A DNA stretch of 64,000 nt, taken from NCBI RefSeq assembly GCF_009914755.1, contig NC_060934.1, one strand, 5' to 3'. Shown in pieces: positions 33,031 through 48,404 of this stretch; positions within the stretch are counted from its first letter, which is position 1; every line of letters begins with the position of its first letter. The translations under genes and the position numbers were made by a program. Under the pieces are notes generated by a model. The model made no database searches and was not told where the DNA came from. It saw only the letters and a list, made by a program, of their open reading frames with translations. The stretch is from the human T2T-CHM13v2.0 reference genome, Homo sapiens.

Positions 33031-36000
33031 GAAGTAGGCCACCCCTTCACACTTAAAATGTCCAGCCATTCTTGGAAAAAAGTGAATAGATTATGCACGG
33101 TAGATTTTCAAAATTTTTCCTGAGAGTAATCATATCAGGCAAAAAAGCTCTGTTTTCCAATAATTAAATCCAGATAATTTTAAAAACCTGTGACTGCCAG
33201 GCAAGGATCAAAACAAGAGTAACAAGCAAAACACTGCTGTAAATGCAAACCTCTCTTAATTGCATTACATAATTGAATCATGCCCACTTAATTTTGTCCA
33301 CTAACATAAATTAACACACTTAAGAGACATCCACATGAAGATTCTGCCAAGGCCCCATGTCAGTCTGTACCCCAGCCGAGAATGATGGACAAAGTTCCCT
33401 TTTATGCAACACTCTCCTCAGAAAAAGAGAGAAAGAGAGAGAGAGAGAAAATACCTATTTTAACCATGGAAATAAATATAGGAGATGATGGCTTTAAAAT
33501 TAAAGGTTGAGAAAATGTCATACAGCAAAATCCCAAACCCCAAACGTGGTCTAGTAAGCCACAAACCACATATATTTGCACTTCAAGAGTGAAAGATCTT
33601 TTGAAAGAGTCCTTGAAATAAAGATTCCCAGGTTCTACTGGGGAAGGACCAATTTTCATCCAAAACACATCTTTATGGCTGGGTTTGAAAGCCCAGGAAA
33701 GTGTTCCTAATGGAAATGCTGACCAGCCTCTCCACATACCACACCAGCAAGATCTCAGCCCCTTAAGAAAATAAGACTTTCCTTTGCAACTAGGTCAACT
33801 GGGAAAGAAAGTAATTTTTTTTTTCTGGAAAGTTTGCGTTTTCAAATGGACGCTAGGAAAATAACTCCATTATGGAATGGGATGTCTTATTGCCTTCAAT
33901 TTTACCCAAAGCCCAGTTAACTGGTTTCGAGAATCAGAAAGTAGCAAAACAGGAATCACCTGTGGTCCAGATGTGTCGTCTGTGAGATGGGGAGAATTAA
34001 TGATGCCAGGCAACCAGCTCTACTCAGGAGTCAAGGGCACGAGTGTCCACACAGACCAGGCAGACACATCACAGAGTGAAACTGGCCAGGTGCGAGCTGA
34101 CCAGGTGGCACTCAAGTGCCCCGTCTAAAATGAACAAATGCTAATTCCCTCTAGGGACTATGGCCATGCGGCAGAGGGAGCCAATGTCGCCAACATCTGC
34201 ATTTCTATGAAGAGCACTTGAAATATGCATGCTTCTGTGAAGTCTTCTGAATTTTAACATGGAGAACCAATTCCAAAATATTTTAGCCATAACACAGGCC
34301 AAACAAAGCACAGCTCACTGGCACCATTTGAGATCTGAGCTCTGCTGCCTCTAAACATCATCAAGGCAGAATTTCAACAGGTCAAGGGAAGGAGAAAAAA
34401 GAAAGGACCCTTTCTTCGGGCAGCATCAGGAGACTGCAGTCGGGAGACATGGGTTCCTGTCCCAGCTCCTTTACCAACTCCTCTGCATGTCATCTGTGCG
34501 GCTGCCTGGCCCCTTCTCTGGGCCTCCATCCTTTCATCTGTGAAAAGGAGCAGGTCAAGGGGAACCGTAAGAGCTCACCCACCACAACCCAGGATTCTAC
34601 ACCCTCAGCCAATAGAACAACAAATGAGGAAGGGGTATTCTTTGGAAAGCAGAGGCAACCTGGAGCTACTGGTGAATTCAGGTGGGTAAAGCCTTCTCTA
34701 CCACTCCACAGGGGTCAGGAGATTTTTTGTGAGGAATCTCTCCAGCCTCTGGAAGGAGAGAGAACTGGTAACATGCTGAAGCCACCCATGTGTTTGCATA
34801 GGCGTGGAAACGCCCAGCTCTATCCACAATTCTTATCCTCACCAGAAGCCTGACAGGCAGGGACACTTGTCAATACCTCTGTCTGCATTTTGGAAATTAG
34901 GAAATAGAGGCTCAGAAGGGGCAAGCATCTTACCCCAAGTTCACCCAGCAATTGGGAGGCCAAGAGGAGGCTAGGGAAACCAAGGCTGCTCTCTGTGAGG
35001 AAAAACCACCCATTTCTAGGCAATAAAAACCAAAATTCTGCAAGAAGATCAAGACTCTCTGTTAGAAATGGGCCATTCTCAGCATTTTCTCCTGTTCTGC
35101 CCCTTTCTGACCCTCCAGAGGCACGTGAAGACGGCCATGGGTAGCTCTGCCTTTGACCTGACTTAACAATGGCCACCTCATCCTGGACCACATTTCTGTT
35201 TTAAAGGACTTTCTTCCACCAAAAAGTCCACCCTCCTTCTACATAACTCAGTTGAAAACAAATTGGACTCATCTCCTGGAAAGGACGTGGGTTTTTTCCT
35301 TTCTCTTTGACGGCATTCTCTTTCAGAACCCCTGATGTGGGAAAGTCGGAAGGCTGTGGGTGTCTGGCATCTGTGGGTAGCAGGCCACCCTTATCTCTAG
35401 GACCTCCTGACATCAGTGGGGACAACAAACAGGTCTCCATCTCCAGAGAAGTGCAGTTCCCCCGTCCCCTGAGAGAACAGCAGCTCCCTGACCGTGGGAC
35501 ATGTGCTTGGAGCAGCGGCAGCCAGGGGAGAGCCTCTCCTGCCCACGGCGTGCGTGCCGGGTCCCAGGACTCACGTCCTCGTGCTGAAGCCTAGATACGA
35601 ATGGATGTGGGCAGAGCCATCTTCCTCGTGGCCCAGGGATGACGACTTCTTATTTACACACACTTGTGGTTTCTCTTTAGAACTCTATCACATTTTGCCT
35701 CTTTCTAGTCCTTTCCCAATGTTACCTGACAACAGCTGTGTCAGGGAGGCAGGGCCAGGGGGTTTAATACCACCCTAGGTTATAGAAGAGAAACTGAGGC
35801 TCAAAGGGACTAAGTGATTTGTCAGGGCCATCTGGAGGGTGAGAGCTGAGCCGGGTTTAAGTCCGGCTTCTGGCTTTCCCCTGGGTTGGGCTGCCTGGCC
35901 ACCCGCTGCCCCTTCTCACCCTTACTTGAAGGCTGAGGGGATTCCCTGTGGTCTGAACAGTGAGGCCAGGAGGAGATGCTGGTGCTGGCTTTAAAGCCAC

Positions 36001-36110
36001 TGGCTACTCAGAAGCCACCCCACTGGCTGGGGAAGAAAAGGGTCAATGCCCACAGTCTTGTAGTTCCCGTGGATGCTGTCTGGGGGCTGGACATGAGACC
36101 AGAGCAAAAG

Positions 36111-36178
36111 AGGGGAGGGAGGGAGGGAGGAAGGAAGGGAGGAAGGGAGGGAGGGAGGGAAGGAAGGAAGGAGGAGGG
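36111..36178. repeat. (GGAA/GGGA)n purine tract
   Basis: Uninterrupted purine tetranucleotide repeat. Confidence 0.95.
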
Positions 36179-36179
36179 C

Positions 36180-36577
36180 TACTATGGACTGAATTGTGCC
36201 CCCCACCCCAAAATTCATATGTTGAAGTCCTAACCCCCTAATGTGACTAAGAGATGGAGTTAGGAGGTAATGAAGATTACAGGAGGTTATAAGAATGGGG
36301 TCCTGGTCTAATAGGATCGGTGGCCTGATAAGAAGAGGAAGAGAGTGGGAGATATCGCTTAATCTCTCCATGCCCTTGCACCAAGAAAATGCCAGGTGGG
36401 CACAGAGCGAGAGGGTGGCCATCTGCAAGCCAGGAAGAGGGCCTTCGGTAAGAACCCAACCATGCTGGTACCCTGATCTCGAACTTCCAGCCTCCAGAAC
36501 TGTACGCGAATAAACGTGTTGTTTAAGGCACCCAGTCTGTGGTATTTTGTTATGGCAGCCAGAGCTAAGTCAAGGAC
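36180..36577 (+). mobile_element. MaLR LTR (MLT1A0-like)
   Basis: tactatggactgaattgtg...aaattcatatgttgaagtcctaacccc...ttatggcagccagagctaa. Confidence 0.87.
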
Positions 36578-36849
36578 AAACTCAGAAGAAGAGGGAGAAA
36601 GCATGGACCCACCTCACAGCGGCCAGCTACCACCCAGGGGGCATCATGCCATCCCACCCCCCCAGTTTCTCTGCCTAACACCATCCCCCTAAAATCTTTT
36701 TCCTCCTCAGGAAGCCACAAGGGATACTATTTCCATTCCATGGAGACGTGGGTTGAGGCCTGCCCCAGTGAGCTCAGACAATCATTTTTTCTTTAAAGAG
36801 TTCCCTTCACGTGGGCAGATGTGAAGGGAAGGGAAGTCTTTATGGAGTC

Positions 36850-37144
<295 letters not shown>

Positions 37145-37734
37145 AAAGAGTCTTTTTTAAGAGTCTTCTCTTATTGTTCCCCTCCTGTGCAGGGCTTATT
37201 CCTATAGCTGTTGTCCACCCAAGAATGACCCTCAAGCCTTCCTCTGGCCTAGGTAAGCTCACTCACTTTCTGTCTCCTGTTCTAGCCTCCAGGAAGGTCA
37301 AGTGTGGGTCCCCACCTCCCTTGAAGCTCCCCCATCAGAGAGGGCCTGCTGGGCAGCTGTCAGGGTTACCAGTATTTAGATCCCCAGATCCAGAATCAGC
37401 TCACACAGATTTGCATCCCAGCTCTCCCATGTGGCAACCACATGATTGTGTAGGTGTTAACTGACCTCTCAGTGCCTATCTCACGCCACTGTTACGAGGA
37501 TGAAATGAGAAAAAACGCTGGGAAGACGCACCCCAAGCAAGTTTCCTTCTCGGCAGGGTGAGGCAGGGAATGGGCCTGGCCTCTCTACACAGTCTCTGCC
37601 ACCACAGCAGCCCCTTGGATAAAATATGTTACCTAGCAAATTCTTTCACGAGTACCAACCCTGTTCTCCACTAACCTGATTGTAAAATTCTTGGAGAGGG
37701 CCACCAAACCTCAAATCTCCCAACCCTCCACTTC

Positions 37735-38185
37735 TGCAATGGGTTAAATAGTGGCCCCCAAAAGATATGCCCATGTCCTAACCACCGGAACTTTTAAACA
37801 TGGCCTTTTTTGAAAACAGGGTCTTTGCAGATATAAATAAGTTAAGGATTTCAAGATGAGATCATCGTGTGTTACGTGGGTGTGCCCTAAATCCAATGAC
37901 AAGCATCCTAAGAGACACACAGAGGACAGACAAACACCAAGAGGAGACGGTCATGTGAAGACAGAAACAGACTGGGGTGATGCAGTCACAAACCAAGGAA
38001 CACTTGGCGCCACCAGAAGCCAGAAGAGGTAAAGAAATCCCCCCCAGAGCCTTCAGAAGGAGCATGGCCCTGCCGACACCTTGATCTCACACTTCTGGCC
38101 TCCAGAACTGTGACAGAATAAATTTCTGTTGTGTTAAGCCACCAAGTCTGTGGTAGTTTCTTAAAGCAGCCTTAGAAAACTAACA
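37735..38185 (+). mobile_element. MaLR LTR (MLT1C-like)
   Basis: tgggttaaatagtggcccccaaaagatatg...gcagccttagaaaactaaca. Confidence 0.87.
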
Positions 38186-38829
38186 GAACACCCTTAGGGC
38201 TATTTCAAGGATGATTAATAACTAATATGACTTCCCATCTCCAGTGCAGTGCTGGGCCCATAGTACCTGTGACTTGCTGGCTTGCTGGGGAAGGCAGAAT
38301 GAGGCCAGAAATTGTTCCAGAGGTCTCCCCAGACAGCAACTTCACACACTTGCTTTGGGCCAGGCTTAAAGAGCCAGCTCTGAAGGTGCCAGCCTCGTTT
38401 CTCCCCTCGTGATGCCAGCTCTACCCAAACAGCCTATTCTCCCCTGGAAACGGGGGGTGGCTACACATTTCTAGAATGTACCATGCCCCTTGGGTCAAAG
38501 CACCTGCCTCATGGGAGATAAGTTAACCACTCCACCCCAACTCCCTTCACACAAACTCTGACGGTGTTTCAGCTTTGGAGCTGCATCCATCAGCCAGGCA
38601 CAACAAGCAGCCAACAGGCGAGGCATGACTGCTTAAAGGAGTGTGGGGGAGCAGGAAAATACGCATGTCCCTTCTTACCTGCAAGGATGGGGAGCAGGCA
38701 CCCCTGGGGTGGCTACAACTTTGGTCTGGAAGATTGAGAGAAGGGCTTAGAAATGAAACTATTCGGGCTAACTAGACCTTTTGGAAGTGGCAGGCCAGGG
38801 TGAGGTAGCTTGGGGAGATTTTTAAACTC

Positions 38830-39214
38830 TACATTAGTCTGTTTTCACATTGCTATAAAGATATACCCGTGACTGGGTAATTTATAAAGAAAAGAGGCTT
38901 CATTGATTCACAGTTCCACATGGCGGGGGAGGTCTCAGGGAACTTACAGTCACGGCCAAAGTTGAAGAAGGCACATCTTACACCGTGGCAGGTGCGAGAG
39001 AGAATGTGTGTAGGAGGAACTGTCAAACACTTATAAAACCATCAGATGTCAGGAGAACTCACTCACCATCATAAGAACAGCATGGGGGAAACCACCCCCA
39101 TGATCCAATCACCTCCTCCCCTCAACACGTAGGGATTACAGGTACCTCCCTCAACATGTGGGGATCACAATTCGTGATGAGATTTGGGTGGGGATACAGA
39201 GCCAAACCGTATCA
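38830..39214 (-). mobile_element. MaLR LTR (THE1D/MSTA-like)
   Basis: attagtctgttttcacattgctataaagatatacc...gagatttgggtggggatacagagccaaaccgtatca. Confidence 0.9.
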
Positions 39215-40749
39215 TACTCCAGCCTCCTAAATCAAATGAACAAAACTACTTGATTTACATTAAAGCAGTATGTTTGCTCTGCAAAACCAGCTCCCAGTCA
39301 ACTCCCCAGTTCCTCAAACCCCGTTTCATGCCAACTTCAGACCCTTGACTAATTCTCTGAAGAAATTCTGGAACCATCCATGTTCCCCCACACCCCGCTC
39401 CCCCACTACCCTTCTTTCTTACTGGCTGCTGTGCTCTTCTGCAGCTGTAGGGATGATCTGGACTCCCCTCCTAAGCTGCTTTTGACGCATGTTGGAGATC
39501 TTAAATAACCAGAAGGCCCTACGTCGTGGGGCCACTAGAAGAATTCTGAATGTTTTTATTGTTCTTAAAAGCTGTGAAACCCTGGTCTACGACAGTGCAT
39601 AGGCATGCACACACACACACAACCACAAATACCTGCCTGGCCCCTGGCCCAGGAGCCCCTTCTCAGGTTCTCCCTGGGTCTACAGGTGCCATGTAAGTCA
39701 GAGCAGCCCAACAATGCGGGCTCCAGCCTCGCCTGCTCCCTCCCTCCTGCCCAGTCTTTAAAAAGAGTCTACGCTTTCACCCTGGGGATCTGCCCAAGGC
39801 TTTGCTTCCCCAAAGAGGCTATGAACACCCAGGTTTCCACTATTAGGGGTCCCCCCTTCATCTGCATATCTCCTGCTCTTGACCACATTCACCTGCTTTC
39901 AGATCAGAAAAATAAGGGCTTAGTGCTTGATTTGCTTTCAGCTTCATTTAGAAGACAAGGGAAAAACTGAAAGCAGATCCAAGCATTTTTATTACCAGTC
40001 TCCAGTACCTGTACACATTTATTGCGTATGTAGATTTTTTTTCCCGGATCTGTTTACGTGGGGGGTGTTGCATGCTGATTTATGGGGCAAGTGGCTCTGT
40101 CATTTCAAGCCTTCAGCCATCACAGCTGTAGAGACGCTTTTTAAACTCCAGCTAATGGGAAGAAAAAGAAGTTTCAGTTACGTTGTGTCCAGGCAAACTA
40201 AGGCGGTTCCAACACTAGTCTGTCCTGGGATTGCCTTTGTGTTCAGAGTCTGACAAGGGTGCGTGCCTGTCATTGCATCCATGGAAAGCTTAATGCGTGC
40301 AAGGACACCGGGGTGATGGGAAAGAAAACCCGGGCAACAAGGTTGTGTAGAGGGCCACCCTGCCCCCTGAACTTGGTGTTCCAGCCTGAGCAAGGAATAC
40401 AGTGTTACGGTACAGAGGTGCTCCCTCGCTGGAAGAGACCCAGGTTTACTTCCTACCAAACAAGCAGCGTTCAAATCCGAATGTCAGCCTCTCACCTCCC
40501 TTCCTTCCGGAAGAACCGCATTGTTTATTTAGCCTTTGGTTTGTGGATCTCTGTGGCAAGCTTGTTAGGAAGAGCAGTGGGCATGTTGCTGCAGGGGCAA
40601 AACGGTGCCCAGAAGGCTGGTTTAGACACAGCGCGTTGGCCACTTACTGTCTCCAGACAATCTTAGAACATCCCACTTGGTCAAAGGGCAGTTTTCATGA
40701 CTTTCATCCCCACCCTTAGTGGAGATCTCTCAAATGGACCCCAATTCTG

Positions 40750-41525
<776 letters not shown>

Positions 41526-41656
41526 GGACCCCTATTCTTGAAAGCAACTCCCAGTTTCAGGCCCTTGTTATCTGCTATTGTCTTTCCCCACAAGGCATGG
41601 GAAGGATTCCACCTGCCTAGGTCTGGCAACCAACTAGCACATTGTAGATCTAAGCC

Positions 41657-42286
<630 letters not shown>

Positions 42287-42966
42287 AAATAAGCAACAGC
42301 AGAACAAGCCCTCCCACTCCCTGCACCCCTCAGCCCAGGTTTGAAGTTTGGACTTTGCCTTTTTCATTCACAGCTCTGGCTGCTACTGGGTGAGAGCCAG
42401 CCATCAACAAGGAATTTCTGCATTTTGGTGAAACCTAAATCCGGCAAGAGGCAACGAAAGGGCCAGTCTCATGGGGAGTCAAGACCAGGCCAGGAAGAAG
42501 AGGAGGCTTCCGATTTCCTCTCCTGCTGTGATCATGTGTACAAAGATATACACAGCCTCCTTCCAGAAGAGGCAGCAAGTCAAGTCACAGAACAATCTGA
42601 AAGGGCAGCCTTGAGCCCGTGTTCATGTTCCAGCCATCTTCTCCCACTTAAACCTCTGCAGTACACGCTGTAGAAGTGATTAAGAACATCTAATGGACTT
42701 CCCCACACAACGGAAAGTTTATTTCACTCTCCAACCCTGTCAGGTGAACGACGCTAATTTTACAATTCCCAGATATTCCGCAGCCCCTGAACCATACACA
42801 ATCCTAAACTTCGAGAGCCCCAGGCTTCCTCCGTTTTTCCCATGTGATATTTCCCTTTGTAACACCACCCATTTCAATTTGCTTGTAACAACACCAAACC
42901 TGGAGCCGGAGAGACCTTGCCGTGCAGAAACCATCCTGAGCTGCTCCTGTTCCGGTCTGCCTTTGA

Positions 42967-43305
<339 letters not shown>

Positions 43306-43483
43306 TGGTCTGTGCACTTCTAAAAGTGTTTAATTGTCCCTTAAAAATCATATTAGGCATTCATTGCCTATTTAGTATTCGTAAAGTGAATGCTTGTTTA
43401 AAAAGGGAACCATAACAGGTTGAATGTTATCAATACAACTTCATAAGTTTTTGAAAATTTTGATCATTATTTTCATTGATTTA

Positions 43484-43802
<319 letters not shown>

Positions 43803-44142
43803 AAAACTTATTAAATGTTTTTTGTTAAAAATTGTGTGTACAATGGACACTTGTGTTTGTAATAGATTAGCAATTTCACAAACAAATTTCTTCCGCAATG
43901 ACAATTTTATATCTATACACATACACATATTTTATCTTCATATTTGTTTCAGTAAGTACATCTATGTCAAATAGCTGTAGATAGACAGATGGAAATAGCA
44001 GCTAATACCTGAGTGTTGATAGTGGCTAATATGCAGCAGGCACTGTTTCATGCTTCCCAGGTACAATCTCATTTAACTCAACAATCCTTTGACATAGAAT
44101 CATTTGTCATCCCACTTACAGACCAAGAAAGCGTTCTTTGCT

Positions 44143-44448
<306 letters not shown>

Positions 44449-44474
44449 TGCTTGATTCTTAATTTATAAATCTG

Positions 44475-44635
44475 TAAGTGTCCTCTGTCCCTTTCAAAGA
44501 ACCTCATGCTATGGATTTTAACTAGTAAGAGACACCAGCAAGCGTCAGTTAAGTGTCCTCTGTCCCTTTCAAAGCACCTCATGCTATGGATTTTAACTAG
44601 TAAGAGACACCAGCAAGCATCAGTTAAGTGTCCTC
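44475..44635. repeat. 75-nt tandem duplication (2.15 copies)
   Basis: Units start at 44475, 44550 and 44625; 2 mismatches between the full copies. Confidence 0.97.
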
Positions 44636-44649
44636 AAAAGAGAATTAGA

Positions 44650-44733
44650 GGCTGGGAGCAGTGGAATGGCTTGAACCCAGGAGGCGGAAGTTGCAGTGAG
44701 CCTAGATCATGCCATTGCACTCCAGCCTAAAAA
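44650..44733 (+). mobile_element. Internally deleted mini-Alu
   Basis: ggctgggagcagtgg joined to right-arm aatggcttgaacccaggagg...actccagcct and a short A tail; flanked by agaattaga twice. Confidence 0.85.
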
Positions 44734-45624
44734 AGAATTAGAAGAGGAAAAGAAACCTAAAAGGAGTGCAGCCCAAAAGGAGGCAGTGTTCTGAGCTGCA
44801 GAAGGAAAAAATCACCTACCCATATGTGCACGGTAAGCTGAATTCAGTCACTGAACAGCTTCATGTGCTGAGGTATCCCTTTGTAAATTGTATTTCAAAG
44901 GTCCGGAGCGGATGGTTCCCCAGTGCCGGACATTGAATGCCCTCCCATCCACTGACTTCTACAGCACCTCATGTGACCTTCTGAAACAGGACTTCAAGGC
45001 AATTTGGAGGAGCCCATTCAAAAATCCCAGACACCCGGCATAAAAAAAGGGCACAAGAAGGGCCCTACTCCAGAATGTCACTTGAGACATGGACGGCTTC
45101 TGCTGTCCCTGCCCAGGGTCGACAGCCAAGTCATTTCAAGGCTCCTGGGGATGAAATGTGAGAGAAGATAAACTTTGCTTTCATCTTTAAAACCATGAAA
45201 AAATAAATAACATCAAAATGCAGGCTTGGTAAGGAGGAACCTAATGGACCCACATACATAAGTAATGGTGCATTCATTAGTCCGCATGGACTGCTCAAGC
45301 TTGCGTGACTTTACTTGGTATAAAACTGGGGATGTGAGGACAGATACACTCAAGCATTCCAGCCAGAAAGATCCTGCATCCTTGCACCACTTAGCAGTGC
45401 TTCCTTCCTCTCTCAGCCAAGAGGGAAGACAGGGAATTGATTGGTTTCTCAGCTTCTCCATTTCATGAAGATCCACTGAGGCATCTTAGCTACCTTGGCC
45501 ATTTCATCAGTGTAGAAACCAAGCTGATTAATTGAAGTATCTTTTTCTGGAAAAACCAGGAAAGCATTATGTATCTTTATTCAATGATCTGCATCCTATC
45601 TCCTCAGCTACGAAATTCTTAGGA

Positions 45625-46255
45625 AGATACTTCATATCCACTAGGATGGCTATAATAAAAAATATGGATAATAACAAGTGTTGGCAAGGATGTGGAAAAA
45701 CTGGAATGCTCATGCACTGCTGGTGGGAATGTAAAATAGTGCAGCCACCTTGGAAAACAGTCTAGCAGTTACCATATGATCCCGCAATTCCACTCCTACA
45801 TATATGCCCAAGAGAAATGAAAACCTGACCACACAAAAACCCAGTACATGAATGTTCATAACAGCACTATTCATAACTGGAAAGTACAATCTAAATGTCC
45901 ATCAATGGACAAATGGATAAACAAAATGTAGTAAATTTATATCATGGAATAGGATTTGGCAATAAAAATGAAGTGCTGTTACAGGCTACCGTATGAACAA
46001 ATCTTGAAAACATTAAGTGAAGAAGTTGGACAAAAAAGGTCACATAGCATATGATTCCATTTACATGAAATGTCTAGAGTAGGCAAATCCATAGACAGAG
46101 AGCAGATTGGGGGTTGCCAAGGACTGGGGGAGGGGGAAATGCAAGTGGCTAACAATGGGAATTTGTTGGCTTTATGGAGTGATGAAAACGTTTTGGAATT
46201 AGATAGTGGTGATGGTTACACAACGTGGATATACTAAAATCACTGAAATGTAGAA
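45625..46255 (+). mobile_element. L1MB-like 3' fragment
   Basis: ctaggatggctataataaaa...ataacaagtgttggcaaggatgtgg...gaattagatagtggtgatggttacacaac. Confidence 0.87.
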
Positions 46256-48404
46256 AAAAATTCTCAGGAAGTAGAAAACGAACACTTATTGAGTCCTGTC
46301 TGCCACAGCTAAGCCCTACAGCAAATCCTCATGGCAAGTCGAGAGGCTGGTGAGGACCAGGTTCACCTAGAGACAAACATCCAGACAGAAGCTGGGATTT
46401 GCGCACCATCACCCAGCTGTAAGAAACAAACCAATCAATTCTGTCCAAGCCCACAAGTCCACTGTCTTTCTCCTGCACTGAACAAGGCTGCAGTCTTGTT
46501 CCTTAGACCACATCCCAGCCATGTGACCCTCAGGGACCTCAAGCGGAGCCTCAGCTTCCTCTTCTGTCCTAGCTGAGCCCTCTGGACCCAGCCCTGCAAG
46601 CAATCTTCAGTGATGCAGTATAAGGTAGCAGCCCCATTTCTTGTTTTCAAAACTGGAGGTGGAGTCCTCAGTTCATAGCAGCTCAAGTTGTTCAGACGTT
46701 TTACTATAAATGCATGTTTTAATTTCCTATGTTCCTATGTGTGGGGTTAAGGAACTCCCCACAAGATCAGATGCAGAGAAGCTCCCTGAGGAGGGATGGA
46801 GAGGCTGTGTGGTGGATGCAGGGTACCCTGTCCCCTGGGAATGCACAGAACCCCCGTGAAGATGCTACTTTTCCACCCGCTTTCTCTGGCTCCCCATCCT
46901 GCCAGAGGCTACCATCAGCTAGACGTTTTGAGGCAGCCTCTTGGATATGCCTTTCCCAGTTAGGAACAGCAGGCCGGGCACTACACATCCAAGATGCCTG
47001 CAATCTTTTGGTTCTTCACAAATGAACTCATCTCATGATGGTTAGGTGACCATCACATGTAGTTGCAACTAATTTCCAACGCTCTCCTTAGGTTCTTGGG
47101 GGAGGAGAGCCATAAGCTCCAGGATTCTTATCGAATCCTACCTGTGTATGCTCATTTGGGACAGGTCTCAAAAAAAAAAAGGTACTGTATTACCTATCAT
47201 TCTCATGGACCACACTGCCTTCTTGCCCTTCATGACAAGTGTCTCTTTCAAAATAATTCTAAAATCAAAATGGCCAAAAGACCATTTAGGATTCTTGCCC
47301 ACCCATCTCCATGAAATGGGCCAGAAATACAGCAGTTCTTACTGCCATTATAATCTACACTGTCAAGGCTATAAACTGCCCTTCAGTGTCTAAAGTACAG
47401 CATATGCACCAGAGAGCTGCACGGAGGAACCAGCGTAGACCCCAGCAAGTCCATCCTCACCCTTGCCAAGGACATCTCACAGTAGAAATGTCCCCAGGGG
47501 TACAGAACATCACCCTGTACACTTGTGTCTAACAGGTGACAATTTTCTTAGGTGGCTTTCATGCACCTTATTTTTAAAATCACATTCCCAAGAGCCCTGT
47601 TATCCTGTAAGAAACAGAAGGACAGAGGTTTGGGAAATACAGAACCAGGACCCTAGGCCACTCCCCTGATGGCTGGTGACACCTTGCTCCACCATGAATG
47701 GCCTCAAACAGAAAGAAGACCCCAAAGACAGCACTCTTTACCAATGGCCCTGTAAGGTTCTAAGAGCCTGGCTGAAGTGCAGGAGAAGTTGGCCTATGTT
47801 CAATTCCCTTTCCTGCTGCTGATGAGGCTGGCAAGTAGATACAACAGACCCTTAAGAGTCACAGATTCACATTTGTTAACTGACAGGCAAAACTCCATTT
47901 CCCTCTTCAGATCGTTGGTGGTATGAAAATAAATAATTATTCGAACATTTGTCCAAGTTTTCTTTTGGAAAATTTGAAGCAAATCCTTCTCTCCATACAT
48001 CATGAAGAAAACAGCCTAAAAGGTTTTTAAGTCCCCAGGATTCAGATGTTCTGAACGTCTTCCCTACTCAATACCTGTCATCCTTAGGTCACCTTCCAGT
48101 TTGCAAAGCTCTCTACCATGTGGCTCTTTGTTTGCTCCTCTGGGGAACTGGTAGGGCTCAGAAAGGAACGATGATTCCATTGAGGTGCCAGTAAGCAACC
48201 GAGCCAGGGCTCCAACCAACTGATTCAGATTTTCCACTGGATCAACCTCAACCTGTCACAGGTACTGCTGGTCTCAGTCAACCCCTCTGGCAAGTCACCC
48301 CCGTGTGTAGCACATAAGACCCTTGGCAGCCCTGCCCTTCCTGCATTCACAACAGCACTCAGTCAGCACCTCCAAGCACAGGAAACCATTTGGTAAGACA
48401 CGAG

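Noticed and set aside
39105-39170. Short internal duplication in the THE1/MSTA LTR
   Set aside because: Probably part of the subfamily consensus rather than a locus-specific event.
44475-44635. Short regularly spaced repeats as a CRISPR-like array
   Set aside because: The spacers are near-identical copies (tandem duplication) in a mammalian genome, with no cas genes.
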